Assembly: GCA_047947115.1 (NCBI GenBank)
Contig: CP170459.1
Coordinates: 4,096,001 to 4,160,000 of the forward strand
Reading direction: 5' to 3'
DNA from: Verrucomicrobiota bacterium
GTDB taxonomy: Bacteria > Verrucomicrobiota > Verrucomicrobiia > Limisphaerales > AAA164-E04
Length of the DNA: 64,000 bases
Each line of letters starts with the position of its first letter. Positions within the stretch are counted from its first letter, which is position 1. The notes beneath the pieces are model-generated. The model was not told the DNA's origin. It made no database searches and was given only the letters and a program-made list of their open reading frames with translations. The position numbers and the translations under genes were made by a program. Of this stretch, positions 10,582 to 21,616 are shown piece by piece.

Positions 10582-12441
10582 CTAAGGCTGATCCTTCGAA
10601 GATTCAAGGCGCTTGGCTGATTGGAGTATGACCTCATTTGTTTTTAAGAGAATCATCTCTTCGGGTGTGTTGTTGTATCTCACGGGAGGGATCTCCTTAC
10701 CTGAAACATAGAGCAAATTGGATTCCACAACATTGGTGGAGGCGCGGTGAAAGCGCAAAGGTGAGCGATCAATATTATAAATCAAATTTCCTTTCACTGT
10801 AAACCCGGTCGTTCCTTCGTCCAGAAACATGCCATTGCTCTCGGCGCGACCCAGGTTCAATGGAACATCATGAATCACATTACCCTCAATTCGACTATTC
10901 GGCTGACGTCCAAGTGTGTAGATACCACCACCATCCGAAAGAACCTGCATCACGTGGTGAATGCGATTCTCGAGGATCAAATTGCCTTCAACCGGCGTCG
11001 GAACAGGACTCCACATCCATCCCAGCGAAATACCGGTATAAGGTAAATGCCGAATGGTATTTCGCTCCAACCGGGTTTCACGCGCAAATCCAACCCATAT
11101 CCCAACGGCCCCGAAAAACTGATTTCCGCACTCCTCAACCAGGTTTTCCGCAATTTTGTTCCGTGAGGAAATCTGATCAGGTGCAGCCTGCCACCAGGTT
11201 TTGCCATCTATGTGGCGAGAGTAATCCTCACCTATCATGATTCCGTTGCCGGCCACATGATGCAGATGATTATATGTAATCCTGTTGTTGATCGACCAAG
11301 CACCCAGATGTAATCCGGATGTACCGACATGACGCAATTCATTTCCCTCAAAAGAACAATTCTGCACAAATTGCATTTCAACTGCGGCTGGAATGAGTTC
11401 CCGCAAAGCCCCTCCCTCCCCAAAGCGTCTTTCATGATAGGTGGCCTGTCCGGCGGCATACCCATTAGCTGGGATCGGCCAGGAGGTGTGTTCCAGAATG
11501 AGCCCCTTGATGTTGACATTCTGAAATGGCTTTTCCGGAGTTCCGATCACCCGTATCAGTTGGGATGCCAATGGAATGACAGCGTCGAGGTCCTCGGTTG
11601 TTTCCCCATCACAGGGCATGTAAAGAAGTTCTTTTTCCTTGCGATCCAGATACCATTCACCAGGTCCATTTATAAAACTCCTGGAATGTTCGAGGTAATA
11701 CCGGGGATGGCGCTCGAAATTATCGATGGCAAAATGAGGTGCATTCGGGCCTATCGGATCGGTAACTGTCAAAACGCGCCGGGTAAAATCCACTGCTTTC
11801 ACTCCAACGCGGGATGTGGACCAATCATGAAAAAACACCAGTTCACAGTGATCCAAATCAGGGATCGGATTCAGATCTCCCTCATGGAACGAGAAACTGG
11901 TCCGACGGTCCTTGCCTGAAGATTCAATGCGCAGAAAATCATCATCAGGATATCGTGCCCGTGTGGCCCGATGTTGTCCGACGAAGAGTTCTCTCACGCC
12001 AGTCAAATCTCCCGGGTATTCGGTAAGCGATGCCTTGAACAACCCATCGTCTCTCCTCACCCAATGGGGAATCGGCCACCCTCCAGAAACAATGGATTGT
12101 TTGCCGGCAAGAGACCGAATTGTGAGCGTAAATGGCCTCCTTGGCCATTCTGAAGATCGGAATTCCCAAGGATCCGAGATCCGGAAAGTCCCCCCCATCA
12201 AGACCATCGTCACTTCAATGTCGGCAGTGTCGTGCGCATGTTCCCAAAGAAAAGAACGGGCGAGTTCGCTTGCACGTTGAAGTGTGAACACCGGCGATTC
12301 AAACCGTCCATCGTGATTGTCGTCACCCGCTTGGCCAACGTAAATGACTCGTTCCAAATGCTGCCCCCCTTGAGCCATGAACGAAATGCATAATAACATT
12401 AGAAGTGCGACAACTGCGCTCGATTTTTTTGGGGTAATCAT
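10582..12441 (-). CDS. Secreted right-handed parallel beta-helix protein (GH141-like / polysaccharide-active)
   Basis: Signal peptide, RARYP, PGEWYLD, LPYTGISLGWMW, LSDGGGIYTLG, GMFLDEG, repeated N-x-I beta-helix rungs. Confidence 0.75.
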   Translation of the reverse strand: MITPKKSSAVVALLMLLCISFMAQGGQHLERVIYVGQAGDDNHDGRFESPVFTLQRASELARSFLWEHAHDTADIEVTMVLMGGTFRISDPWEFRSSEWPRRPFTLTIRSLAGKQSIVSGGWPIPHWVRRDDGLFKASLTEYPGDLTGVRELFVGQHRATRARYPDDDFLRIESSGKDRRTSFSFHEGDLNPIPDLDHCELVFFHDWSTSRVGVKAVDFTRRVLTVTDPIGPNAPHFAIDNFERHPRYYLEHSRSFINGPGEWYLDRKEKELLYMPCDGETTEDLDAVIPLASQLIRVIGTPEKPFQNVNIKGLILEHTSWPIPANGYAAGQATYHERRFGEGGALRELIPAAVEMQFVQNCSFEGNELRHVGTSGLHLGAWSINNRITYNHLHHVAGNGIMIGEDYSRHIDGKTWWQAAPDQISSRNKIAENLVEECGNQFFGAVGIWVGFARETRLERNTIRHLPYTGISLGWMWSPVPTPVEGNLILENRIHHVMQVLSDGGGIYTLGRQPNSRIEGNVIHDVPLNLGRAESNGMFLDEGTTGFTVKGNLIYNIDRSPLRFHRASTNVVESNLLYVSGKEIPPVRYNNTPEEMILLKTNEVILQSAKRLESSKDQP

Positions 12442-12702
12442 GGCTGAACCATACTGGAAAATGACCTTCGAGGTCCAATATGAAATCCGGTCTCATCGTT
12501 TTCAAAACTTGTGATCGCTGCACGTTATATTCCTTCCCGATTGTTGACAAAGGACGTGATTTACTGGTGTTCATGAAGCCCATAGAAAAAAACTATCCAA
12601 TAACCGAGTATTTCGCTTGACCGGGTGTGGAGGCTTGAAGCGGAATGTTATCCAATGACAGTCCAAACCAGATCAAGGAAGCAACCCGGAAATGCCAGGG
12701 TC

Positions 12703-15700
12703 ATGCATTTCAAAAAAATCATGGCTGCGAATCGCTCCGAAATCGCGATCCGCGTGTTCCGGGCCGCCACAGAACTTCGACGGCGTACCGTCGCGGTTTA
12801 TGCTCAGGAAGACCGCTTCTGCATGCACCGATTCAAAGCGGATGAAGCCTACCAGATCGGCAAGGGCAAGGGACCGGTGGCTGCTTATCTGGACATTGAC
12901 AGCATCGTTGAAGTCGCCGTGGCCAAGGGCGTGGATGCCATTCATCCAGGTTATGGTTTTCTGAGTGAAAATCCTGATTTCGCCCGGGCCTGTGCCAAAG
13001 CCGGAATCACCTTCATCGGACCACGTCCGGAATTGTTGGACATGATGGGAGATAAGACTGCGGCCAGAGCTGTGGCTCAACGCATCGGCATTCCCACACT
13101 ACCCGGCACCGACGATCCAGTTTCAGAACGAAAAGAAGCGATCAAACTGGCCAAGGAAATAGGTTTTCCACTGATCATAAAGGCTGCCTTCGGTGGTGGT
13201 GGACGGGGCATGCGCATCGTTCGGTCGGAATCAGAATTACCATCCCTGCTGGATGAAGCACAGGCTGAAGCGGAACGTGCCTTTGGTAATGCTGCCGTTT
13301 TTCTTGAGAAATTCATACCTCACGCCAAACATATTGAAGTGCAGATTCTGGGAGATCGGCATGGCAATGTCATCCACCTTCATGAACGCGATTGTTCCAT
13401 TCAGAGACGTCATCAAAAAGTGATCGAAGTCGCCCCCAGTTTTGGACTGCCCGATGCGTTGGTGGAACAGATGTGTGCAGACGCCGTGCGCTTGGCCAAG
13501 GAAATCCGCTATGAAAATGCGGGAACGATCGAGTTCCTCTATGATCAGGACGGACAACAGGCTTATTTCATTGAGATGAACCCCCGCATTCAGGTGGAAC
13601 ACACGGTTACAGAAGAAATCACCGGCGTGGACCTTGTGCGCAGTCAGATCATGATTGCCCAGAATTACCCGCTGAGCTCACCCGAGCTGGCGATCCCCGC
13701 TCAAGATCAGATTCCAAGAAACGGTTATGCTATCCAGGCACGTGTCACGACGGAGGATCCTGCCAATCATTTCATGCCCGACTATGGTAAATTGCTGGCC
13801 TACCGATCTCCCGGAGGCCTGGGGATCCGTCTCGATGGTGGAATGAGCTACTCCGGCGCGGTCATCACACCTTTTTATGATTCGATGCTGGTAAAATTGA
13901 TCACACATGGAGGTTCCTATGAGATGGCCATGGATCGGATGCATCGGGCCTTGAGTGAATTCCGCATTCGCGGGGTTAAAACCAATATTCCATTCATTGA
14001 AAACGTGATTGCTCACCCAGAGTTCCGCTCGGGGCAGGCGACTACACGTCTCATTGATCAATCACCCGAACTGTTCGAATTCCACCCAAGACGTGATCGA
14101 GCTTCAAGGCTCCTAAAGTATCTGGGAAATGTCACGGTCAACGGCAATCCTCATATCAAAACCCCCACCCCTGAACACCAGGTCATGGCCCCGGACGCCA
14201 TCCCCTTTCACCCAGACACGCCATGCCCGAAAGGTACGCGAGACTTGTTGCTCGAATTGGGCCCGAGGAAATTAGCCGAATGGGTTATGAAGCAAAAGCG
14301 CCTGCTGGTGACTGATACCACCTTCAGAGATGCGCACCAATCCCTGATGGCCACCCGAATGCGTACCTACGACATGTTGGGATGCTCGGACTTTATTGCG
14401 CGCGAACTGGGAAGTGAAAAGGATGGACTGTTTTCACTGGAAATGTGGGGGGGAGCCACGTTTGACACCACTATGCGATTCCTGAATGAGGATCCCTGGC
14501 AACGTCTCCGTACTCTGCGGCGCCGCATCCCGAACATCTGCTTTCAAATGTTGTTTCGTGGCAGCAACGCCGTGGGGTATTCGAATTATCCTGAGAATGT
14601 TGTGGCTGGTTTCGTCAAGCATGCGGCGGAAGCGGGTATGGACATCTTCCGGATTTTTGACAGTTTGAATTATCTCCCTAATCTGAAGGTCGCCATGGAG
14701 TCCGTGCAGGACACTCATGCCATATGTGAAGCAGCGATCTGCTATACCGGAAATATTCTGGATTCCAAACGTGACAAGTTTTCCCTGCAATATTACGTCA
14801 AACTCGCCAAAGAACTCGAAAGGATGGGAGCGCATATGCTCGCCATTAAAGACATGGCAGGTCTCTGCCGGCCACTGGCGGCACGCAAGTTGATCAAGGC
14901 CTTAAAACAGGAAGTGGGCATCCCCATCCATTTCCACACTCACGAAACCGCCGGCGTACAAACCGCCACCATCCTGGAATCAGCACAAGTCGGCGTGGAC
15001 ATAGCCGACCTTGCCATCGCCTCCATGTCGGGCAGCACTTCTCAACCCAACATGAATTCACTGGCGGTGGCGCTCGAGGATTCCCCCAGAAAGACAAAGC
15101 TCAACATAGGGGCCCTCAACAGACTGAGTGATTACTGGGATCAGGTACGCGATGTTTATCAGCCTTTTGATACCGCTCCAAAAACAGGTAGCGCCGATGT
15201 GTACCTGCATGAAATGCCCGGTGGTCAATATACCAACCTTAAGGCACAGGCGGCCAGCATGGGTGTCGCTCACCGATGGAACGAAATCGCCAGGACCTAT
15301 GCAGACGTCAACACCCTGTTTGGCGATATCGTCAAGGTAACTCCTTCCAGCAAGGTCGTCGGTGATATGGCGCTGTTTCTTTTCAGCCATGGCATCAAAC
15401 CCGAAGATGTCGTCAATCTAGAACCCGGCGAACAATCCTGGCCGGAATCGGTCATCGATATGTTCAAAGGTGGCCTAGGCTGGCCGGACGGTGGGTGGCC
15501 TGAAGCGGTATGGAAGGTCATTCTCTCTCCCGAAGATTACAAAAAAGCGCGTCAGCGGTACCGGGCAGACGTCAAGCGTGGTCGCCCCAAGGCATCTCCG
15601 CCGTTGAACCTGGAAAAAACCCGCAAGGAACTGGCACAAAAAATCAAACGCAAAGTCAACAAGGACGATCTGTATGCCTACCTCATGTACCCCAAGGTAT

Positions 15701-16188
15701 TCCTGGATTATGAACGCCATCATAAGGAATTCGGAGAGGTCAGCGCCCTCCCCACTCCCAGTTTTCTCTATGGTCTTCACCCCAGCGAGGAAATTGCAGT
15801 CAGCATTGAGGAAGGTAAGGATTTGTTCATCCGGCTCATCAACGTTGGTCAACCCGATGAGAATGGCCAGTGCGCCGTCACTTACGAGTTGAACGGCATC
15901 GCACGTGATACGATGATCACAAACGAAACCGTGGCTCCCAAGGGGATTCAAAGGGTCAAGGCGGACGATGCCGATGCCAAACAAGTGGGCGCTCCCATCC
16001 CTGGCTTGATTGCCGAGGTGCTTGTCTCTGTCGGACAAAAAGTAATTAAAGGAGAACGAATGATTATGATGGAAGCCATGAAGATGCAAACTTCCATCAA
16101 TGCTCCCTGCGATGGACATGTTGCCGAATTGTTGGTTCAATTCGGCGAAAATGTCGACATCAAGGATCTGCTGGTACGTTTGAAGTAG
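12703..16188 (+). CDS. pyc: Pyruvate carboxylase
   Basis: ANRSEIAIR biotin carboxylase start, RDAHQS, EMWGGATFD, HEMPGGQYTNL, EAMKM biotinylation site; likely start ATG 12703. Confidence 0.97.
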   Translation: MHFKKIMAANRSEIAIRVFRAATELRRRTVAVYAQEDRFCMHRFKADEAYQIGKGKGPVAAYLDIDSIVEVAVAKGVDAIHPGYGFLSENPDFARACAKAGITFIGPRPELLDMMGDKTAARAVAQRIGIPTLPGTDDPVSERKEAIKLAKEIGFPLIIKAAFGGGGRGMRIVRSESELPSLLDEAQAEAERAFGNAAVFLEKFIPHAKHIEVQILGDRHGNVIHLHERDCSIQRRHQKVIEVAPSFGLPDALVEQMCADAVRLAKEIRYENAGTIEFLYDQDGQQAYFIEMNPRIQVEHTVTEEITGVDLVRSQIMIAQNYPLSSPELAIPAQDQIPRNGYAIQARVTTEDPANHFMPDYGKLLAYRSPGGLGIRLDGGMSYSGAVITPFYDSMLVKLITHGGSYEMAMDRMHRALSEFRIRGVKTNIPFIENVIAHPEFRSGQATTRLIDQSPELFEFHPRRDRASRLLKYLGNVTVNGNPHIKTPTPEHQVMAPDAIPFHPDTPCPKGTRDLLLELGPRKLAEWVMKQKRLLVTDTTFRDAHQSLMATRMRTYDMLGCSDFIARELGSEKDGLFSLEMWGGATFDTTMRFLNEDPWQRLRTLRRRIPNICFQMLFRGSNAVGYSNYPENVVAGFVKHAAEAGMDIFRIFDSLNYLPNLKVAMESVQDTHAICEAAICYTGNILDSKRDKFSLQYYVKLAKELERMGAHMLAIKDMAGLCRPLAARKLIKALKQEVGIPIHFHTHETAGVQTATILESAQVGVDIADLAIASMSGSTSQPNMNSLAVALEDSPRKTKLNIGALNRLSDYWDQVRDVYQPFDTAPKTGSADVYLHEMPGGQYTNLKAQAASMGVAHRWNEIARTYADVNTLFGDIVKVTPSSKVVGDMALFLFSHGIKPEDVVNLEPGEQSWPESVIDMFKGGLGWPDGGWPEAVWKVILSPEDYKKARQRYRADVKRGRPKASPPLNLEKTRKELAQKIKRKVNKDDLYAYLMYPKVFLDYERHHKEFGEVSALPTPSFLYGLHPSEEIAVSIEEGKDLFIRLINVGQPDENGQCAVTYELNGIARDTMITNETVAPKGIQRVKADDADAKQVGAPIPGLIAEVLVSVGQKVIKGERMIMMEAMKMQTSINAPCDGHVAELLVQFGENVDIKDLLVRLK

Positions 16189-16321
16189 CTTTTACGTTCC
16201 ATTTGAATGCGGTTCTCTGGTGGAAGTTTTGTTTTCCTAATATTTTTGTTTGCGTTCTGATCAATCTGTGTGAAGGATTGAAAAACATCACAAAAAGGAG
16301 AACTTAACAACATTCAACCAC

Positions 16322-16576
16322 ATGCCGGACAAACGCTCTCGTGATGATTCTTCTGTGCATGGGCACGGTTCCTCGCGTTCGGATCATCAACATCACCACC
16401 ACCGACATCGTCGCAAACGTCGTCGATCGAGGAACCATGGTGGATCGGTCAAATCGATCAACAATGGGCTGCTGTTGTTTGCGGTCATTCTTGCTTTTGT
16501 CGTGGCATTGGGATTTTGCTTGTGGATGATCATTCCTCCTTTGTTGCAATATCTCAGTCAATCAACCCATTGGTGA
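16322..16576 (+). CDS. Small membrane protein with His/Arg-rich N-terminus
   Basis: 84 aa; DHQHHHHRHRRKRRRSR followed by one long hydrophobic helix; AAGGAG lies upstream. Confidence 0.55.
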   Translation: MPDKRSRDDSSVHGHGSSRSDHQHHHHRHRRKRRRSRNHGGSVKSINNGLLLFAVILAFVVALGFCLWMIIPPLLQYLSQSTHW

Positions 16577-16671
16577 GACATAACTGTCCAGAAAGCAGTG
16601 TTGCTTTGGACCTACAGACCTGTTGAATCCTGTACTTGTTTAAATTCATTTTCCGGGCTTTAATTTGCCTT

Positions 16672-17976
16672 ATGCCAAATTCAATAAAGCGTTCTCGGGT
16701 GCAATTCATCATCGCTACCATGTTGATTGCCGGATTGCTGGTGACGGATGTGGTCATGGGTCAAACAAACCAGTCCCTTGCCATACCCGCAACCGATGAC
16801 GGCTTGCCGGGTGCCGGACCTGTCCGCCGCTACGACTGGTTCCAGAACCTATGGCTCCGTAAGCGAACAGGCTGGAGCGAACGTGTTCGGGAAGATCAAA
16901 AAACCCTGGTGTTTTTAGGTGATTCCATCACCCAGGGATGGACGGACGCGTTTCATGGCCACTTTGCTGATCTTGCCAAATCCAACAGAGGGATCAGCGG
17001 GGATACTACGCGCGGGGTTTTAATCCGGATGGAAAAGGATGTTCTTTCTCTAAATCCGACCGGTATTGTTCTGTTGATTGGAACCAATGATTTAGAAGAA
17101 GGCGCATCGCCGGAAACAATCGCTGGCAATTTAAAACTCATTCTCGACAAGCTTCAGGCCCACCGATCGGACATGCCTGTCATTTTATGTCAGGTATTTC
17201 CAAGCGATGCTTCCAAAAAGCGACCTGCGGATGCTATCAGGGAAATCAACAAACGATATGGCGATTTAGCAAAAAACTACTCCCAAGTCACCGTCCTCGA
17301 CACCTGGACACTTTTTGCAGACGCAAACGGTAACGCCAAAGAGCCCGAATTCCCTGATCTTCTCCATCCAAACGAACGTGGATACACCAAGTGGGCCAAG
17401 GCACTTCAACCTTTGCTGGCCACCACAGGTTTTGTGGAAACAACCCGTGAACGCTTCAAACCCGAAGATGGTTTTATTTCGCTTTTCAATGGAAGAGACC
17501 TGACAGGATGGGGATTCCGCGACATGAAATCCATGATTCAAAAATCCGATTTCTCCGGGCTAAAACAATCCGATGACGGCCGTTACCAGGTCATCAACGG
17601 TCGCATCGTCGTCACCACTCCGCCTGAGGGACATCGCATCCAACAAATGTGGACCACCAAAAATTTCCCTGAAAATTTCATCCTCAAACTCGAGTTCCGC
17701 GCAACACCGAATGCTGATTCGGGCGTGTTCATCCGAAGACCGCAACTTCAATGCCGGGATTACCCGCTCGCAGGTCCCTACAAGGAATTGAAGCATTACC
17801 GTGCTCAGGAATGGAACGAATTGATCATCGAAGTAAGGGACAACGTGGCCCACTGCACATGTAACGGAGAAATCCTGGAGGATGCCCTAAACCTTCCGGC
17901 AACCGGTCCTATCGGACTGGAAGGTGATCGTGGTCAAATGGAATATCGTCGGATCCGGTTGAAGCGTTTGCCGTAG
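16672..17976 (+). CDS. SGNH/GDSL hydrolase fused to DUF1080 (3-keto-disaccharide hydrolase-like) domain
   Basis: FLGDSIT, NRGISGD, IGTND, DLLHPN catalytic blocks; then FISLFNGRDLTGW, ADSGVF, WNELII, GPIGLE. Confidence 0.85.
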   Translation: MPNSIKRSRVQFIIATMLIAGLLVTDVVMGQTNQSLAIPATDDGLPGAGPVRRYDWFQNLWLRKRTGWSERVREDQKTLVFLGDSITQGWTDAFHGHFADLAKSNRGISGDTTRGVLIRMEKDVLSLNPTGIVLLIGTNDLEEGASPETIAGNLKLILDKLQAHRSDMPVILCQVFPSDASKKRPADAIREINKRYGDLAKNYSQVTVLDTWTLFADANGNAKEPEFPDLLHPNERGYTKWAKALQPLLATTGFVETTRERFKPEDGFISLFNGRDLTGWGFRDMKSMIQKSDFSGLKQSDDGRYQVINGRIVVTTPPEGHRIQQMWTTKNFPENFILKLEFRATPNADSGVFIRRPQLQCRDYPLAGPYKELKHYRAQEWNELIIEVRDNVAHCTCNGEILEDALNLPATGPIGLEGDRGQMEYRRIRLKRLP

Positions 17977-18077
17977 TAGACATTCGGATGATGGTCATCC
18001 GTCATTGGTATTGTCACGAGGATCAAAACAATAGAAGGCCAATACGGTGAAAACACCTTGTTGAAACGTCTCACATT

Positions 18078-20510
18078 TCAATAGTATTTGAATTGCACTG
18101 ATACCATCGCCTCCTTGTCGCAGACCGTTCTTACCCAATAAGCGCTGTATCCCAATGGAAATCGATGGTGTAAGTTTTTACCCCCAGTGATTTCGAATGT
18201 ATCATACGGTAACCACAAACCAGTCCCATCGATATCCACTTCCAAACGGACATTCACATCTCGATCCGACCAGATTTTGAGCTGCTTGTGGTCGTAACCC
18301 GTCATGAGATAGGGATCGGATGCCTCCCCCGCTTCAACTTTTGTTTCCATCCATGGTCCGCCCAGCCCACGCGGTTTTCCCAACTGCCATAAATCATCCA
18401 CAACTCCCGCCCAAACTGCGGCCTTTCCGTCCTCGCTTCAAAAGATACGATCACTTTTCGTGACATCATCCATGCCGGTGAAAAACAACAAACCATTGTG
18501 AGAGCAAAAATCATGAATCTGAAGTTCATGTGTGGCGATGGGGCGCATCTTCGCTAATCCTTGAGCATTGCGGGCGGGCAATTCATAGAACGTACCATGA
18601 ATATTCAGCAAGTCTCGTTCGGTAGCCACTTCTCGGCATACTCGAGCGATTGAAAAACCTCCTTGGATATCTGGCCCCTTAAATTCATCCGATTTCGGAA
18701 TTCGATATCGTATTCCATCCTCCTCGATTACCACCGAAGCGGCATCCACCGAGTATTCCTGGGAGGGCTGGCTTACGTCAGATACCAGTTGATGCATAGC
18801 AACCGGATCCTCAACAGATCTCAATTCCATTTTCGGAGTGAGAGTGTAGAATCGGGCGTCATCCCCCGAAACATCTGACGCAGCCACGATACCCAATCGA
18901 TCATGCGCAAGACTGCGCATCAACCCGTAGGTCGCAGCTGTGACTTTGGGAGAAGCAATGCCATCAAATATCGCGTTATTCGTTGTGCTCCGACTGTCCT
19001 TGTCTCGATACTGAAAGTGGACGGTGACTCCTTTGGCATCCGTCTGGCACCTGACTCGAACCCATGCTCCCACTTCATCCTGGTTAAACAGATAGGAATG
19101 ACTTCCTTTTGCTTCGAGTGTCCAGGTATGAATCTTGGTCCATTGGTTGTTACCATCCTGATCCACCTCCAACTCCATGGTGATCTCCAGATCCGACTGA
19201 TGTTGTATATGAATCTGCCGATAATCGAATCCCGAAAACAAGTAAGGATCACTCACTTGCCCCGCGCCGACCTCGTCCCGCAACCAAACCGAACCACGAC
19301 CGATCGCAGGACCCAAGTTGTCCAATCTTCCGGGTTCAACAAACCATAAGTTGGAGTTGGATTGTTTGGGAGCTCCATGAGCGGCCTTGAAGGAGCGTTT
19401 GTTTAAAAACTCAGCGCGCGCCGAATCGTCGCAACCCAGCACCACCCGATCTCCCCATCGACAAAAATCACCCACCACTTTCAGATAATTGGATCTCGGG
19501 GCAATTCCGGAAGATTGATGCCTGGAGAAGGCTTTCGGAAATTTCCAGAACGTTCCATGCATCGTTGCCAATAAATCCTCTTCGCCAATTTCCCTGATGC
19601 GGGGCCACTCTGTGTTCCATCCATGTGAACCGTCATAGCTGTGACTTCCTTTCGGTAATCGATAATAAGACCATTCCCCCGCCTCCAATAATCCCAGTAT
19701 CAGCGAACGTGCATCCCACCCGAATGCCCAAATAGGATCTTCAGCCGGGTGTGGATTGCCATAGATACCACCCGGCCCGGTCACTTCACAGAATTGATTG
19801 CGGCGTATCATCTGCCAATCCCCTTCAGCTGTCCAGCGAGCCAGGGATCCGGATGCGATGGTCGGATCACGACTGACGTCCGGGTGGCGTTCTCCGTTAT
19901 TGGCATAAATCAACTGCCCCTGACCGGAATACATCCCCTTGCCATGGTATCCGGGCAATTTCGAAACCAAGCCCACATCCGGTGCTCCGGAATTGCCGTC
20001 TCGAATCAAACAGTGTACGTCCAGGGTTCTTAAATCCACTTCGTATAATCCCTCCTCCATGGTTGCATAATACATTTTGTGCTCGGGTTCACTCAGATGA
20101 CGTGCGTTGGCGGTCAATCGACCAAACATTTTATCCGGTGAAATGACACGTATCTCACTTTGGGCGTTGATGACATAAGGACCGATCAGCAACTGTTGGG
20201 ATTCAGAATGAATCATTCGGTTCGCCGGGGTTCCTCCAACACTGCCCTTGAAGATGATTTGGTCCAGGTCAGCCGTTATTTCGTAAAGCTTATCTGTCGA
20301 GCCACCTGGTTGATGCGGAGCGTAAGTAACGGCCCATAACCTGCCTTGCCAGGGTACCACTGCGCCTGTCCCGCACTCATTTTCATCGTTCCACATGGTC
20401 AGATGAGGGTAAATACCTGAAATCTGAATGGGATGCTGATCAGCTCCATACAAGTTCACCAGATAAAACCGGGAACAGATCAACCAGATACAAAACACAC
20501 GAAAATTCAT
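18078..20510 (-). pseudogene. ~810-codon secreted hypothetical protein interrupted by one in-frame TGA (18438-18440)
   Basis: ORFs 18438..20510 and 18078..18401 share a frame; reading ...KSDRIF*SEDGKAAVWAGVVDDLWQLGKP; the C-terminal part repeats an internal module (SDPYL...ELEVD / SDPYL...RLEVD). Confidence 0.75.
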
Positions 20511-20781
20511 GCCCGTATCATGGGTGAGGAACCGTCAATTGGCAACCAGTTTGGCCAGAAGCTTTGCACTGATAAGCAAACGGTATGGGTTTCCTGGAAG
20601 CATCAAGCCTTATCAGCACTTGATCGGTCAGTCCTTTGGTTTTCTTGATCATGAGCCACATGGATATTTATTTGATTTACATGTCGAACATAACAAACGG
20701 TCTTACCAAAATCCGGTTTAAATTGTAATCGCAAAAGTGAGCGTTGGGGGTATGCTGAAGCCAAGGTTATTTCGAATCACT

Positions 20782-21507
20782 ATGTGCGCTGCTGAAAAAA
20801 AACGACGGGGCTGTTTCTTCTATGGCTGTATCGCTTCCATCATTCTGGGGCTGATCCTTTTTGTCGGCATTCCTCTGGCTCTCTTTTTTGGGTTTAATTA
20901 CGCGGTCAAAACAGTGGTCAACAACTACGCCGACGAGCAACCCATGGAACTGCCGGTGGTCGAAATGCCCCAGGAAGAAGTCCATTCACTACGGCAACGT
21001 GTTGACCAGTTCCAGCAGGCAATCGCGGACAACACACCGACTTCTCCCTTGGAACTCAGCGCCGACGAACTCAATGCGCTGATCTTCCACGATCCTCAAC
21101 TGGCCAAACTCAAGGGCAAAGCCTTTCTCGATTTCGTAGACAATAAGGTCAAAGGGCAACTGAGCATTCCGCTCTCAGACCTGAACATCGGTTCCGGCGA
21201 ATCCCTCTACCTGAATGGAACAGGCATCTTTGAGATCACCATCCAGAATGGCACCCTCTCAGCCAGACTGGATTCACTGGAGATCAAAGGCAAACCTTTG
21301 CCCACCAAGTTAAGTGGATGGTTCAAGGGTAAGAACCTCTTCAAGGACGCCCAAATGAATCCCGAAGCACAAAAGTTCATCAATCGCATCAGTCGACTTG
21401 AAATCAAAGAAGGCAAACTGATTCTGGAAAAGGATGCAACCCCGCCCCAAGCGGAAGTGGAGGATCCGGGCGCCTTTCAACAACTGGAAACCGGCGCGAC
21501 ACCTTGA
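20782..21507 (+). CDS. Hypothetical membrane-anchored protein
   Basis: KKRRGCFFYGC followed by one TM helix and a soluble domain; start at 20782 (or 20737). Confidence 0.7.
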   Translation: MCAAEKKRRGCFFYGCIASIILGLILFVGIPLALFFGFNYAVKTVVNNYADEQPMELPVVEMPQEEVHSLRQRVDQFQQAIADNTPTSPLELSADELNALIFHDPQLAKLKGKAFLDFVDNKVKGQLSIPLSDLNIGSGESLYLNGTGIFEITIQNGTLSARLDSLEIKGKPLPTKLSGWFKGKNLFKDAQMNPEAQKFINRISRLEIKEGKLILEKDATPPQAEVEDPGAFQQLETGATP

Positions 21508-21616
21508 GTGATTCACCACACCAGTGGAAATCCCTTAATAAGCTCCGATCCTCTGCGCATCAATCCCGCACATCCGGGAGGGCGTGATAATTTCAGGCGG
21601 CCATGCAAATACATCA

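Noticed and set aside
18438..18440. Genome-wide TGA recoding
   Set aside because: TGA terminates many intact genes here (trmB, thiH, lpdA, miaB) and Trp is encoded by TGG
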